Assembly: GCA_040755995.1 (NCBI GenBank)
Contig: JBFMAF010000032.1
Location: forward strand, 193,306-257,305
Direction: 5' to 3'
Length of the DNA: 64,000 bases
From: Acidobacteriota bacterium
GTDB lineage: Bacteria; Acidobacteriota; CAIWXX01
In this document: one piece after another, positions 44,464 through 54,979 of the stretch
Layout of the letters: each line of letters starts with the position of its first letter
How positions within the stretch are numbered: position 1 is the stretch's first letter
Notes under the pieces: generated by a model
The model's input: the letters and a program-made list of their open reading frames with translations, nothing else
Databases searched by the model: none
Told to the model about the DNA's origin: nothing
Program-made: the position numbers and the translations under genes

Positions 44464-45792
44464 TCACGAACCGGATCGTTCGCAGAGCGGAGCGGTGCGC
44501 ACGGTGAGCGGAAGTCGTCTCGCCTTGGTAGGCATGTGAGTGACGGCCAGGCTTGAGGCGCGGCATTCGAGATCGCGGACAGTCATCTCGATTGGGGCCG
44601 AACCGCCTTGGACTCTGGTGTAGAGCTTGGGGCATGCGGTCAACTCGCCCGTGAAGGAATGCAGTGTGAAGGTGATCTTGTTTCCGCTGAGCACCCCGGC
44701 GGTGATGAACCCTCCGCCTGGAATCGCGCGGACGGCCTGTGCGCTCCCCAAGATAGCGGGTCCGCTGTAGATCCTCTGCCATATGGCCGTCCCGTCGTCC
44801 GCGATCTTGAGTAGCCATGGGCGGAACCAGCTCTCGAAGGAGGATGTTGTGCCTGCGAGAACGAAGGCTCCGGTATCCGCCTGATCGAGCGAGAATAGCC
44901 AGTCCTCCGACCGCCCTCCGACCAATGTCTGCCACTGGGGATTGCCTGAAGGATCGAGCTTCAAGATCACCCCGTCGGCAACTTCGCCCACACGACTCAG
45001 GTTTTCCCCCCAGACAAGATAGCCGCCTTCCTTTGTCTTGCGAATCCCCCTGAATACCTCGAGTCCCGGTCCATCATACCTCCTCGCCCAGGTGATCTCC
45101 CCGTGACCATCGACCCTGAGCACCCTGTTCGTTGCGACAACCACGAAACCTCCATCCGCGCCCAAATCCACGCACCGGCCTTCGCCGGCATCGAGATACA
45201 CCTTGCTCCACAGGGGCTCGCCTGAGGTGTCCAATTGCACAAGCCATACCTCCATCACCTCGATATTCTCAGTCGCGTCGAGATTCTGGCTGTACACCGT
45301 ACCACCAGTCAAGACAAGTCGGCCGCCATCCACCACCTTCACATCTTCGAACCCACCGCACTCCCCGACGCTATAGCCTCTCTGCCATTCGATAGCCCCG
45401 CCGGGGGCGATCTTCATTACCCATCCGTGCGACAGGTCCGATTCTCCGACGTTGGCAAGACCGGCAACCACCGCACCGCCGTCCCGCGTCTCCTGCAACC
45501 CTCGAACATTGTAAGCGTGCCCTCCGTCCCCGTACATGGCGCGCCACTGCGTTCCGCCGAAGGCGTCTAGCTTCATGCACCACGCCCGCTCATGGTAGGC
45601 CTTGCCGATGCTGCCTGCCAGAAGAAAGCCCCCATCCGCGGCCTTCTCCATGAGCACTGATTCTGACAACCCGGGCCTCAACGAAAACCGCAGTGCGATC
45701 TCATCTGCAGAGACGCTGCGCGCTGCACTGGTCACACAGCAGACCATCATCGCACACACGATCACCGCTCCACCACCTCGCCTCATCATCAT
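44464..45792 (-). CDS. Secreted beta-propeller-like repeat protein
   Basis: Signal peptide; repeated W..KLD..G...W...Y / DGG.V.AG blades; AGGAGG Shine-Dalgarno. Confidence 0.75.
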   Translation of the reverse strand: MMMRRGGGAVIVCAMMVCCVTSAARSVSADEIALRFSLRPGLSESVLMEKAADGGFLLAGSIGKAYHERAWCMKLDAFGGTQWRAMYGDGGHAYNVRGLQETRDGGAVVAGLANVGESDLSHGWVMKIAPGGAIEWQRGYSVGECGGFEDVKVVDGGRLVLTGGTVYSQNLDATENIEVMEVWLVQLDTSGEPLWSKVYLDAGEGRCVDLGADGGFVVVATNRVLRVDGHGEITWARRYDGPGLEVFRGIRKTKEGGYLVWGENLSRVGEVADGVILKLDPSGNPQWQTLVGGRSEDWLFSLDQADTGAFVLAGTTSSFESWFRPWLLKIADDGTAIWQRIYSGPAILGSAQAVRAIPGGGFITAGVLSGNKITFTLHSFTGELTACPKLYTRVQGGSAPIEMTVRDLECRASSLAVTHMPTKARRLPLTVRTAPLCERSGS

Positions 45793-45823
45793 GCCTCCTG
45801 AAAAGTCGGGTCCTGCTATCTAT

Positions 45824-45839
45824 TGCAACCGACGTGCCA
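45824..45839 (-). promoter_or_regulatory. Sigma54 (-24/-12) promoter
   Basis: TGGCACGTCGGTTGCA is an exact TGGCACG-N4-TTGCW consensus, about 30 bp upstream of the ATG at 45792. Confidence 0.75.
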
Positions 45840-46009
45840 ATTGTCGCGTTGTTTGGAACTTGTTGAATTCTCTGGATTGTCGTGTGCACCGGGCGCCACT
45901 CATCCTGGTAATGCTGTCCGTCCCAGGGGACAGTCGTCGTAGCAGGAGTAGGCACAGAGCCCGTCGGTCCTCTGGGCCTGGTCTGGTTCGACCTCGATGC
46001 GGCGGCCCG

Positions 46010-47377
46010 TCAGCTTGGTGGTGCGCTCTTTCGCGCGAGCAGAGCCCAAGCCCGTTCCTGCAGTTCTTCCTGGGTCATGTGGTAGCGCGCGCGGAGAGCT
46101 TCATCGAAGGGTACTCCGTCGCCGAGCATCCTCAGGAGCCGCGTCATCTCAGTCATCCCGTACGCATCGAGCAGAGTCGTGACGAGGAGCAGTGACTCGG
46201 AGTAGGCCACCGTCGCTACAGCACCTGAGAGCTGCTGGAAGGAGGACGCCAGACTGCTGAGCGGGATCAGGCCCGAGTAGGCCTTCTGCGCGGCCAGTTC
46301 CGGGATCCGTTGGTCGAGCGACTCCCCGGAAAGATGCATGGCCAGCCCCTCGTTCAGCCAGATCGGTATGTTTCTCTTGGTGAGGGAGTGGATGAAGGAG
46401 TGCGCGAGCTCATGCCGAACGATCCGCTCCACCACGTCGTCTACGACGACGAGCCCGCCGATAGGCAGGTAGATTCTTCCGTCGTTCGTCCCGCCGGCCC
46501 ACTCGGGGGCGCCTGTTATGTCGAAGAAGTTCCTCTCGGACGTGAGAGTCACCAGGATGTCCTGTGGGGGCGCGTGTCCGAGGGCCCGCTGGTCCTCGTC
46601 GTAGGCGCGCACAAGAAGCTCCATGATGTCGTTGACAACCTTCTCTCCCTGAGGCGCGTCCGATTTCAAGACGAAGTGGGACCAGCGTTTCACATCGCCC
46701 TTCAGTGCCCCTGCCTGTCGCTCCAGCCGCTCCAGCCTCTCCTTCGCATCTGCAGGCCCGTTCAACTCAACCGACTTCCTGAACGAGCGAATGGCCCACT
46801 CGTCGTTGCCAAGGTTGTACTGGCAGAGTCCGATCGCATAGTGCAACGTCGCGTCATCGTCGCGGCTCGACTCGAGAGGCTGCAGTGCGGCGAGCGCAGC
46901 CTTCCACTCCTGCAGTCGCACGCGGGCGTAGCCTAGGGCGAGCCGTGCCTCGTCGTCGTTCTCCTTGAGCGTCTCGAGAATCTCCGCTGCCTTCCTGTAG
47001 TCGCCGCTCTCCAAGGCGGCGTTGGCTTCCTTGTACATGGGAGCCCTCAGAAGCGCCGGGGGTTCGGGGAGTGGGGAGGCGACGGTAGGAGAACTCCCGC
47101 GAGACTGTGCCTGAGGGGCTGCGACCTTCGTTTCCGGTGGCGGCGTCTTCTTCTCGATGCGATCTACCACCGACTTGGGGAACCCGAGCACACCGCCATC
47201 GATCTTGTAGTAGACCATGTCATCCTTGATCCAGGCATCCAGACACTCGATAGTCCTGCCGCTCTTCAGATGGATCACATCGGCGACGGCAAAATGCGCC
47301 ATGCCTGCCAGCGCGGCGGCGCAGATGAGCACACTGCGAACGCAGTTCCACTCAAACTCGAAGCTACCTTCTCGCAT
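46010..47377 (-). CDS. TPR-repeat + peptidase MA (gluzincin) protein
   Basis: TPR helices, RHELAH and WLNEGLA motifs; ATG 47377 overlaps the upstream TGA (TGATG). Confidence 0.85.
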   Translation of the reverse strand: MREGSFEFEWNCVRSVLICAAALAGMAHFAVADVIHLKSGRTIECLDAWIKDDMVYYKIDGGVLGFPKSVVDRIEKKTPPPETKVAAPQAQSRGSSPTVASPLPEPPALLRAPMYKEANAALESGDYRKAAEILETLKENDDEARLALGYARVRLQEWKAALAALQPLESSRDDDATLHYAIGLCQYNLGNDEWAIRSFRKSVELNGPADAKERLERLERQAGALKGDVKRWSHFVLKSDAPQGEKVVNDIMELLVRAYDEDQRALGHAPPQDILVTLTSERNFFDITGAPEWAGGTNDGRIYLPIGGLVVVDDVVERIVRHELAHSFIHSLTKRNIPIWLNEGLAMHLSGESLDQRIPELAAQKAYSGLIPLSSLASSFQQLSGAVATVAYSESLLLVTTLLDAYGMTEMTRLLRMLGDGVPFDEALRARYHMTQEELQERAWALLARKSAPPS

Positions 47378-49584
47378 CACAGAGGGGGAAGGATCCATCG
47401 GTGGGGCGGGATGCTCGACGGCCGCTCCTGCGCCCCGGCAGCGCGCAGAATCCATCTTGGAACATCAGCCTTTCCACGGATTTCATTGTTACGCCTGGAG
47501 ATCATGTTGGTGGGGTAGGAAACGCCGTTCTCTGAGTATGGGCAGATGTTGAAGAAGCTCGGGCTAAGCCAATAGTTGCCCGTGAATCTGATGTCGCCGT
47601 ACGTTCTGCAACCGCCTCTGTCGCTGCCGTACGGGATGCCGTTGAAAGCGCTGGGGATGGGTGAGTAAGGTAGCGGATCACCGGCTCGAGGAGGCGGGCC
47701 GAAGTCGGTGACTCCCACGGGATTGTCGACGGAAACATTGCTATTCAGCTCGATGTAGCGACTTCCTCCATCGGTGTAGAAGGTGTTGCCGCCGGCCGTC
47801 GCGCGTTTCCCTGTCGCGACGTTGCCTTCTATCAGGAGTCCTTCGTCCAATGAGGTTCCCTGGTGACCGGTCGTGTAGATCGCACCGCCGTCCCAGAGCT
47901 CGCCCAGGAAAGCGTGTATGCGGTTGTTGAGTATCTTGTTCTGGCCGTTGGGCGTCGGTTTGTCGTAGACACCCCACTCTCCTCTTTGCGCGTTCGGCAC
48001 TCCAGGGAAGCCACCTGGATCGAGCAGGCCCCAGCCCCAGCCCACGGCGATTCCGGACCAAGGGACATCGACGATCGTGTTGTGGCTGATGGTCGTTCGC
48101 CGGGTGAAGCCTACGAAGATCCCGGCTGCGTCAACATACTCCCGCCCGGCCATTCGTACGAGGTTGTTCAGGATCACGTTGTCGCGCGTGACCTGTCCCC
48201 GACGATCAGGGTGATGATCGATCCGGGAGACTCCACCGAGCTCGATTGCGGCCGATGAAATGTCCTCGAACAGATTGCTCTCGATCGTGTTGCCCTGGCT
48301 CCCAGTATCGAAATCGAGAGCCACTCCCCCGAGGTGCTCGAAGATGTTGCCGGATAATGTGATCTCTCTGGCGAATCGAAAGCGTACATTGCCGGCTGTG
48401 CGCACGACATTCTTGTCGTGACCTATGATGTTGGGGGCGTGATCGGCGCCGACGAGGTGGAAGCCGCTCTGGTCCGATACGTATCCATCGCTGCCGGAGG
48501 GGCCGAGCCATGTCGAGTAAGAGAAGGTCAGATCCTCGAAGCGGATACTCGACACCGGACGCGAGATTTCCCCGCGCCCATCCACCAGCACCTCCAGAAT
48601 CGGCAGCTCCACCTCGGCCGTGGCCAGGTCTTCGCCATGACGCGGAATGTAGTAAAGCCATCCGGTGGCTTCGTTCAAGTACCATTCACCGGGTTCGTTC
48701 AGGAACTCGTATGCGTTCTCGAACCGCGTCACCTGCCAGAAGCTCCATATGCCCGGCTCGATCGTCAAACTATCGAAGTAGACGTTCGCGTTTGGCCAGC
48801 CGGGTTCTTGGAGCATCAGCAGTCCGGTCTTGAAGGACGGATCGAGCGGATCCAGAGTGTAACCTGGATATGGAATAACGGAGTCCAGGGGGACACTCAT
48901 CATCTTCCATTGCGTGACGATCACTGCTTCGATGTCTCGCGGGCTAGTCCACGTGGAAGGATCCCTCCACTCGGCCGGGTTCAGGTTGGTGGGTATGAAA
49001 GCAATGCCGCCCTTGAAGGGAATGCCAAAGATCTCGAAATAGAGCGGAAGGAACCCTGCGGGATAGGGTTCGGTTCGCGCCCGCGTAGCGCGGTTTCCGT
49101 TTACATACAGCTGGCGTGACTCGACCTGGCCGACGTGGGCCTTGTAGATGCCCGAGCCCCCATCGTGCAGCGACCAGTCGCGCACCGGAATCGATCCGGA
49201 GATCACAGGATGCTCGCCCGGCGCGGCGCGGTATACCACATCGCCGCCGTTCCGCCCGGAGTCACGCCAATCGAGCAGGAGGGGCTGCTCGAGCCTGTAC
49301 GTGCCGTCGTTGAGATAGACGACGATGTCCGTGCCAGCCTCCTGCTTGCCATTAACGGCGCGCACCGCGTCCCGCGCCCGCTCCAGCGTGCGGAACGGTT
49401 CAGTCCGCGTCCCCTTCGAGGCATCGCTGCCATCCGGCGAAATCCAGAAGGTCGTGGGCGAACAGTAGGCGAGCGGCGAGCGTGCGAATGACAAGCCGAT
49501 CACAAGCAAGACGATAAGAATGCGATGCACTATGCCTTTGTACCACAGGCCGACACCCAGTGGAACCTCTCCGATTCGCGCCAC
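47377..49584 (-). CDS. Secreted right-handed parallel beta-helix protein (putative glycoside hydrolase/lyase)
   Basis: SPDGSD...GT..EPF.TLERA N-terminus; L.EPGEWY, ISHNTI...PWSGI.VGWGW and DGGAIYT motifs; exact start uncertain. Confidence 0.85.
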   Translation of the reverse strand: MARIGEVPLGVGLWYKGIVHRILIVLLVIGLSFARSPLAYCSPTTFWISPDGSDASKGTRTEPFRTLERARDAVRAVNGKQEAGTDIVVYLNDGTYRLEQPLLLDWRDSGRNGGDVVYRAAPGEHPVISGSIPVRDWSLHDGGSGIYKAHVGQVESRQLYVNGNRATRARTEPYPAGFLPLYFEIFGIPFKGGIAFIPTNLNPAEWRDPSTWTSPRDIEAVIVTQWKMMSVPLDSVIPYPGYTLDPLDPSFKTGLLMLQEPGWPNANVYFDSLTIEPGIWSFWQVTRFENAYEFLNEPGEWYLNEATGWLYYIPRHGEDLATAEVELPILEVLVDGRGEISRPVSSIRFEDLTFSYSTWLGPSGSDGYVSDQSGFHLVGADHAPNIIGHDKNVVRTAGNVRFRFAREITLSGNIFEHLGGVALDFDTGSQGNTIESNLFEDISSAAIELGGVSRIDHHPDRRGQVTRDNVILNNLVRMAGREYVDAAGIFVGFTRRTTISHNTIVDVPWSGIAVGWGWGLLDPGGFPGVPNAQRGEWGVYDKPTPNGQNKILNNRIHAFLGELWDGGAIYTTGHQGTSLDEGLLIEGNVATGKRATAGGNTFYTDGGSRYIELNSNVSVDNPVGVTDFGPPPRAGDPLPYSPIPSAFNGIPYGSDRGGCRTYGDIRFTGNYWLSPSFFNICPYSENGVSYPTNMISRRNNEIRGKADVPRWILRAAGAQERPSSIPPHRWILPPL

Positions 49585-49690
49585 CCGATGCGGCCTCGGC
49601 CGACCTGATCTGCGTAGCGCTTTCTTCGTTCGAATTCCGGGCCATCCCGCACCTGGTTGACACTGCGGCCGCGCAAGGTAAGTATCAGGC

Positions 49691-52180
49691 TTGGGGGTGA
49701 GATGTATGCGAGAGCTGCCGGTGCTACCACATCATCGCCGCTCTCCGGCCGCGCTCCTTGTGCCGCTCTGCCTCCTGCTCTGGACTCCGGCCCGAGGTCC
49801 AGTAGCAATGCCAGTCAGACCGGCCGGAGCGGATCACCACCAATTCGGCGAGGGGTTTCTCGTGTGGGAATCGAACCGATCAGGGACGTGGCGGATCTGG
49901 ACGGCCCGGCTCGACGGGACCGGTCTGAGGCAGCTCAGCCCGAACGAGCCCCGTTCACGGCACTGCTGCCCGCATATCTCGCCTGACGGCAGCAGAGTCG
50001 CTTACGTGAGCTTCCCGCAGAACGTGGATCCATACGCGGACACCACGGCCGCCGGGAGGCTCCGCCTGATCACCGCAGGCGGTTCGCGCGACGAAGTCAT
50101 TGCCGGGGCCGCGAGAACCTACGGCGAGGGCGACCGCGCTGCCGTCTGGCGAAGCCCAAACGAGATCATCTTCATCGCGGGAGACGGCCACACGCAGCTG
50201 CTCGACCTGAAGTCACGGAACGCGACGCGTCTCACGAAAGCGCCGGCCGCCGCTAATGGGTGGCTGTTGAACGCGACTCTGGACCATGCCACGACGGGCG
50301 TGCCGACCTTCTCGCTCTACGATCGCGACCGGCGGACCATCGTCGAGCGCCAGCGGCAGGGCGGCTGCGAACCGTACTTCTCGCACGACGGGCGGTGGGG
50401 ATACTGGATCGCCGGCGCCGGCGGCCCCCTGGACAGGATCGATCTGGCGACTGGCCGTGTGTCGACGATGATCGAGAAGAACGATGCGCGACTGCCTGCC
50501 GGCATCCGCTACATGTATTTCCCGATGCTCTCGCGCTGCGGCTTGCTGCTCGCCTACGGGGCTTCCGCCAACCAGCACGACCACTCCCGATCCGACTACG
50601 AAATCTTCGTCGTCGAAACCGACCCGCGGACACTCGAGCTCATCGGCCCGCCCGTACGACTGACGCACGATCCTGCGACCGATCGGTACCCCGACGTGTA
50701 CTTGGCTCCCCTGCCGCTCGGCAGGCACTTCGGCGAGGTGCCGTTCACGGTCAGATTCCCTGGAGCCACGGGAGAAGCGGAATGCGACTTCGGCGACGGG
50801 TGTCGAGAACGATCTTCGACTCATACGTACACGCGGCCCGGCACTTTTGCCGTACTGGTGCGACAGGGATCGAGCGAGCTGCGCGGAATGGTGAATGCGT
50901 ATGCGGCGCAGTGTCCGCGCCCGCTGGACGTGTCGGTCCGCGGAAACCGTCAGATCATCGTGACGTTCGACGAGCCGGTGGATGTCTCAACAGCCAGGCT
51001 GAAGCTGGAATCCGGAGCAGCTCTGAGCACACCGTCCGCCGGCGAGTCGGACCGGACTCTGGTTGCGACGGTCGCGCGTGACATCAGCACAGGCGACTGG
51101 CTGCTGATCGAAGGCGTGAGAGACCGCGCGCAGCGCCCCAACACGATGGCGCCCGCACGCCTCAGGGTGCCGCCGCCGACGTGGCCGTCCGTCCGCAACG
51201 ATCTCGTGTTTCTGTGGGAGAATGCGAAGCAGCCCAACCTGGTGACCGATGAGGAAGGAAGCACTGAACGGGCCTGCTCGGTGACGGCGCACGGGCCGGC
51301 TCGCTACGACCGCAACTACGCAATGCAACCCGCCGGAGGCTCATTCGATGTGCCGGCGGCTCTCGTCGAGCGTGTCCTCGATGCCTGCGCAAGAGCGAAC
51401 CAGTTGAGCTTCGAAGCCACGATCTGCACGCATTCTGCCGCGCAGCGCGCAGCGATGGTGGAACTGACGGCCGGGAGCGGCGCGCGCAAGCTCGACGTCT
51501 TCCAGGACGGCGACGCCCTCTTTGTGCATCTCCGCACGACCGGGCGCGGGCCGGATCAGGAGCCACTCTTCGGCGGAAAGCTGCGCGCAGGTACGCCTCT
51601 GCATGTCGTCGTGACGTACGCCCCCGGGCAGTTGGTAGTCTATGTCGACGGAGAGAAGGCAGCCGAGAGATCGCTCGTGCGCGGAGATCTCTCGGGCTGG
51701 AAGTCGGGCACGTTGGTGTTCGGAGGCGCGAGGATGCCCGGGTGGAAGGGGACGATCGAGGGCGTGGCCGTGTACAGCCGCGTGCTCGACGCCACAATCG
51801 TCAGGGAGAGCGCGCTGCGGTACTCGACCAAACTGAAAGCGCGCCCACAGGTAAACCAACTCCAGCTCCAGGCGCACCTCGTGGCGAAGTCGAGGATTCC
51901 GACGCTCGATGAGATCTCGCCCTACCGCCAGGCACTCGCCGTCTACGAGTACAAGGTCGAACGAGTAGCTTTGGGAATGTATGATCGCCCGACGATCCGC
52001 ATTGCTCACTGGGTCGTGCTCGACGGCGCGGCCCTGCCGGCAAGCCGGCTGCGCGAAGGCGAGTCGTCACGACTCAGGCTCGAGCCATTCCAATCCAACC
52101 CCCAGCTCGAGAGCGTCTATATCTCGGACACGCTTCCGGCTGATTACGAACAGCCGCTGTTCTTCGACACAGCGGAGTAG
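49691..52180 (+). CDS. Secreted multidomain protein (TolB-like propeller, PKD, Ig-like, LamG-like)
   Basis: ESNRSG.W.IW, P.ISPDG, DFGDG and HVVVTY....L.VYVDG motifs. Confidence 0.75.
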   Translation: MGVRCMRELPVLPHHRRSPAALLVPLCLLLWTPARGPVAMPVRPAGADHHQFGEGFLVWESNRSGTWRIWTARLDGTGLRQLSPNEPRSRHCCPHISPDGSRVAYVSFPQNVDPYADTTAAGRLRLITAGGSRDEVIAGAARTYGEGDRAAVWRSPNEIIFIAGDGHTQLLDLKSRNATRLTKAPAAANGWLLNATLDHATTGVPTFSLYDRDRRTIVERQRQGGCEPYFSHDGRWGYWIAGAGGPLDRIDLATGRVSTMIEKNDARLPAGIRYMYFPMLSRCGLLLAYGASANQHDHSRSDYEIFVVETDPRTLELIGPPVRLTHDPATDRYPDVYLAPLPLGRHFGEVPFTVRFPGATGEAECDFGDGCRERSSTHTYTRPGTFAVLVRQGSSELRGMVNAYAAQCPRPLDVSVRGNRQIIVTFDEPVDVSTARLKLESGAALSTPSAGESDRTLVATVARDISTGDWLLIEGVRDRAQRPNTMAPARLRVPPPTWPSVRNDLVFLWENAKQPNLVTDEEGSTERACSVTAHGPARYDRNYAMQPAGGSFDVPAALVERVLDACARANQLSFEATICTHSAAQRAAMVELTAGSGARKLDVFQDGDALFVHLRTTGRGPDQEPLFGGKLRAGTPLHVVVTYAPGQLVVYVDGEKAAERSLVRGDLSGWKSGTLVFGGARMPGWKGTIEGVAVYSRVLDATIVRESALRYSTKLKARPQVNQLQLQAHLVAKSRIPTLDEISPYRQALAVYEYKVERVALGMYDRPTIRIAHWVVLDGAALPASRLREGESSRLRLEPFQSNPQLESVYISDTLPADYEQPLFFDTAE

Positions 52181-52230
52181 GCAGAAGCTTCGTCTGATGT
52201 GAGCGACGGAACTCAGCTCGCTCGCAGGCG

Positions 52231-52581
52231 CTATCGTTCGTGCGCGTTCAAACTGTCGCCAGAGGCCGGTTCGACAATGGCACAGACGGGACGGCCCGGA
52301 CCGAAAACGGTCTGGCCGTTCTCACCGTGGGACCGGCCGAACATGAAGAACCAGGCGGCTACGGCGAACACTACGAGGAGGAAGAAGAGTGCAAAGAACA
52401 CGATGGCGAAAGTGAAGAAGGGCCGGAAGAACACGCGCCAGTACTGGGCGGCCTGGCCGGGCGTGGGCGCCGGGCGGCCGAACAATGCCGGCGCGGGCGC
52501 CGGCGTCAAAGAATGGCCGCAGGCGCGGCAGAAACGATCGCCTTCACCGACATCGGCCCGGCACGACGGGCAATAGACCAT
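52231..52581 (-). CDS. Zinc-ribbon membrane protein
   Basis: YCPSC...FCRACG N-terminus plus one long TM; GGAGG Shine-Dalgarno; TGGTAGAAT extended -10 upstream. Confidence 0.75.
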   Translation of the reverse strand: MVYCPSCRADVGEGDRFCRACGHSLTPAPAPALFGRPAPTPGQAAQYWRVFFRPFFTFAIVFFALFFLLVVFAVAAWFFMFGRSHGENGQTVFGPGRPVCAIVEPASGDSLNAHER

Positions 52582-52734
52582 GAGGCAACACCTCCCGCAG
52601 CGGTCGTCCTTGCAACCGCCACGCGGGCGATTCTACCACGTCCGGCGATCGACCGGACTCTGCCATTCGGCTTGTCGGCTCGGGCTGCATCGATGAAACG
52701 TGGGGGGCTTCAAGGTGACGGGCCGGAGGATAAT

Positions 52735-52831
52735 CCGCAGATCGCGCGGATTCATGGAGATTTCGTAGATGAGGATTGGTGTTCAGGGTTTGTATGATCC
52801 GCGAAATCCGTTTGATCCGCGCAATGTGCGG
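52735..52831. repeat. REP-like imperfect inverted repeat with 9-bp periodic arms
   Basis: CCGCAGATCGCGCGGATT versus the reverse complement of GATCCGCGCAATGTGCGG (15/18); GATCCGCGA/AATCCGTTT/GATCCGCGC periodicity. Confidence 0.55.
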
Positions 52832-52962
52832 TTAGGCCAGCCAACCGTAAGTATCAAGGCCGGATCACGTCCGCTGCTCTCAATCCCACAATCCGTGGAT
52901 GCACCGTTAGGCTCGCTGTGGATCCGCCGGCTGACCCGCGCGGCCGCCTCCCGAAGCTGTGG

Positions 52963-54387
52963 TTATGCTCCTGCGTTGACGCCTACTGCCCGGCTGACCC
53001 AATCGACTTCGGTGCGCATATAGTCAGGGTGAAATCCGGTAATGATGCGCTCCCCCTTATCTTCGCGGAAAACGACCCCGCCGTGATCCGTGGCGGGAAA
53101 TACCACGACATCGAGAGGCTTGCCCTTCTTCTTGAGGACGTCCAGACGCGCGAGTGTCTCCCGGTTTGGGGCTTCCCGATCCTCGCCGCCGAGGAGCCAC
53201 AGCATGGGGACCTGGACCTTCTCGAGGACAGGCCTCGGGTCGTAATCCCAGCTCAGCCCATACAGCAGTATGCGGTTCCGGGCGAAGATGCGCAGGCACC
53301 AGCCGGGCCACTTGATGAAGGCTTCGGTGATCCCACCGTCCATGTGTTTCATCCAAGGTTCGTTCCGACATTCCTTTTTCACGGCTTCGAGTTCATCCCA
53401 ACCGCCCTTGAGGCCTTGGCGGATGACTTCCTGCGTCGCCCCGATCACACGGCGGGCTCTGGCAAGGTCCGCGTCCTTATACCCTAGGTCGCGCAGGGCA
53501 TTGAGCGTCTCTTCCCTGTCCTCGTCGAACGGCGAATCAGCGAGGCCGAAACCGACGTGCACGAAGCGGATGTCGCTCCTCTGTGAAGCCGCGAGTGGGC
53601 CGATCCAGCCACCCTGGCTGTATCCGCCCACGCCGATCCGGTCCGGGTCGATGGCCTTGTGCTGCTTGAGACATTCCACAGCCGCACACATATCGGCCGC
53701 CAGTTTGTAGAAGTCCATGGTGAACTTGCCTTGCGAGCTTCCGACACCTCGCTTGTCGTAGCAGAAGGCAGCTATGCCGTTGGCGGCGAACAGGTAGCCA
53801 CTGCCGTTGTAATCCTTCCAGGAATCATGCTCCGAGCCCTGGTGGAGCACGATCGCCGGGTGGGGGCCCGGTTCTTGCGGCAGGTAAAGGCACCCGGTCA
53901 GCCTGATTCCCTCGCTCTCGAATTCCACGGTTTCGGATTCGATGGGCATACGCCTGCCTTTGACGGGCGCCTTACCGGCTTCCTCGAAGCTGATCGTGGG
54001 CGCGATCGCGGCGGCCCTGTGGAGCTCCACGAAGAGCACGGCAGGTTCCTTCACGGACCAGCCGTCTCCAGTCTGGTATCGGACCGTGGCTGCATCCAGG
54101 TTCGCGCCTGCCACGGGATAGAGCCTGCGGCTCAGACCGTTCGCGGTGTTGTAGAGGCGCAGCGTGTTTTTCTCCGCGCTCGGTACGATGACCAGGACTT
54201 CGCCGTTGTCCAGCTTGTAGGCCCCATAGAAGTCTGTGCGCGGCTTGTCACCACAAGCGACCGTACAGAGAACCAGGCAGACGAGAAGGCATGCGGAGAG
54301 AAGGCGTCCGTACACGGAGTACGAGCCCCCTGGAGGGGAGGCCCGCAAGCGGGAAACGGCGTGCTCTTGGCGCAGATGACGAATCAT
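52963..54387 (-). CDS. Alpha/beta-hydrolase (S9/S15-like), probable lipoprotein
   Basis: YDKRGVG.S.G, GYSQGG nucleophile elbow, G.ED and DH; TVAC lipobox-like segment; true start uncertain. Confidence 0.85.
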   Translation of the reverse strand: MIRHLRQEHAVSRLRASPPGGSYSVYGRLLSACLLVCLVLCTVACGDKPRTDFYGAYKLDNGEVLVIVPSAEKNTLRLYNTANGLSRRLYPVAGANLDAATVRYQTGDGWSVKEPAVLFVELHRAAAIAPTISFEEAGKAPVKGRRMPIESETVEFESEGIRLTGCLYLPQEPGPHPAIVLHQGSEHDSWKDYNGSGYLFAANGIAAFCYDKRGVGSSQGKFTMDFYKLAADMCAAVECLKQHKAIDPDRIGVGGYSQGGWIGPLAASQRSDIRFVHVGFGLADSPFDEDREETLNALRDLGYKDADLARARRVIGATQEVIRQGLKGGWDELEAVKKECRNEPWMKHMDGGITEAFIKWPGWCLRIFARNRILLYGLSWDYDPRPVLEKVQVPMLWLLGGEDREAPNRETLARLDVLKKKGKPLDVVVFPATDHGGVVFREDKGERIITGFHPDYMRTEVDWVSRAVGVNAGA

Positions 54388-54979
54388 GAGCTCGGATCTC
54401 CTTTCTCACCCGGGCAGACAGTGGCGCCGCAAGCGCCCGACTCCGGGTCTGGCTGACAAATATGAATGCGCTATCCGATCGCTTTGGACGCGGGCGGCAG
54501 CCGCCATTCTGAGCGTCGCCCCATCCAGGGGCTGGACGCTCGAGACGCCCTGCAGCCCCGACGCACATACGAACCCTCCAAGTATCCATCTTCGCAATCA
54601 ACTCAACAGAGTCATCCATTCTCATCGCCTAGGACGGAAATCGAGGCCGGAATGTTCCCTTCGGAGCCGGATTCGGGCCGTGGTGTTGTGGCCCTTGCGC
54701 GCCACCGAGAGACTCAGTGGATCGGAAGCCCGCCGCTCCCACGATCCCGGCGCCTTTGCGCCTTCGACTTCAATCTGTAATTGTGCCTCATATGGCGCAT
54801 CGCGTCATTCATTCCCCCCAGAGGACTCGCCCGGCCTGCGCTTGTCGAGCGTCAGAGTCCTGCCCGGCAGGACGCGCGATCGCCCGTGCGCGATCAGACG
54901 CCCGGCCGAGGCCGGTTCGACTACGGCGCTGACGGGACGGTCCGCGCCGGGCACTGCCCGTCCGGTCTCCCCGGTGGTC

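Noticed and set aside
52831..52837. GTTAGGC as a solitary attC R' box
   Set aside because: No upstream RYYTAAC partner; it is the edge of the REP-like element.
54388..54979. Hidden RiPP precursor or ncRNA downstream of the radical SAM gene
   Set aside because: No short ORF with a convincing RBS or precursor-like composition, and no recognisable RNA motif.
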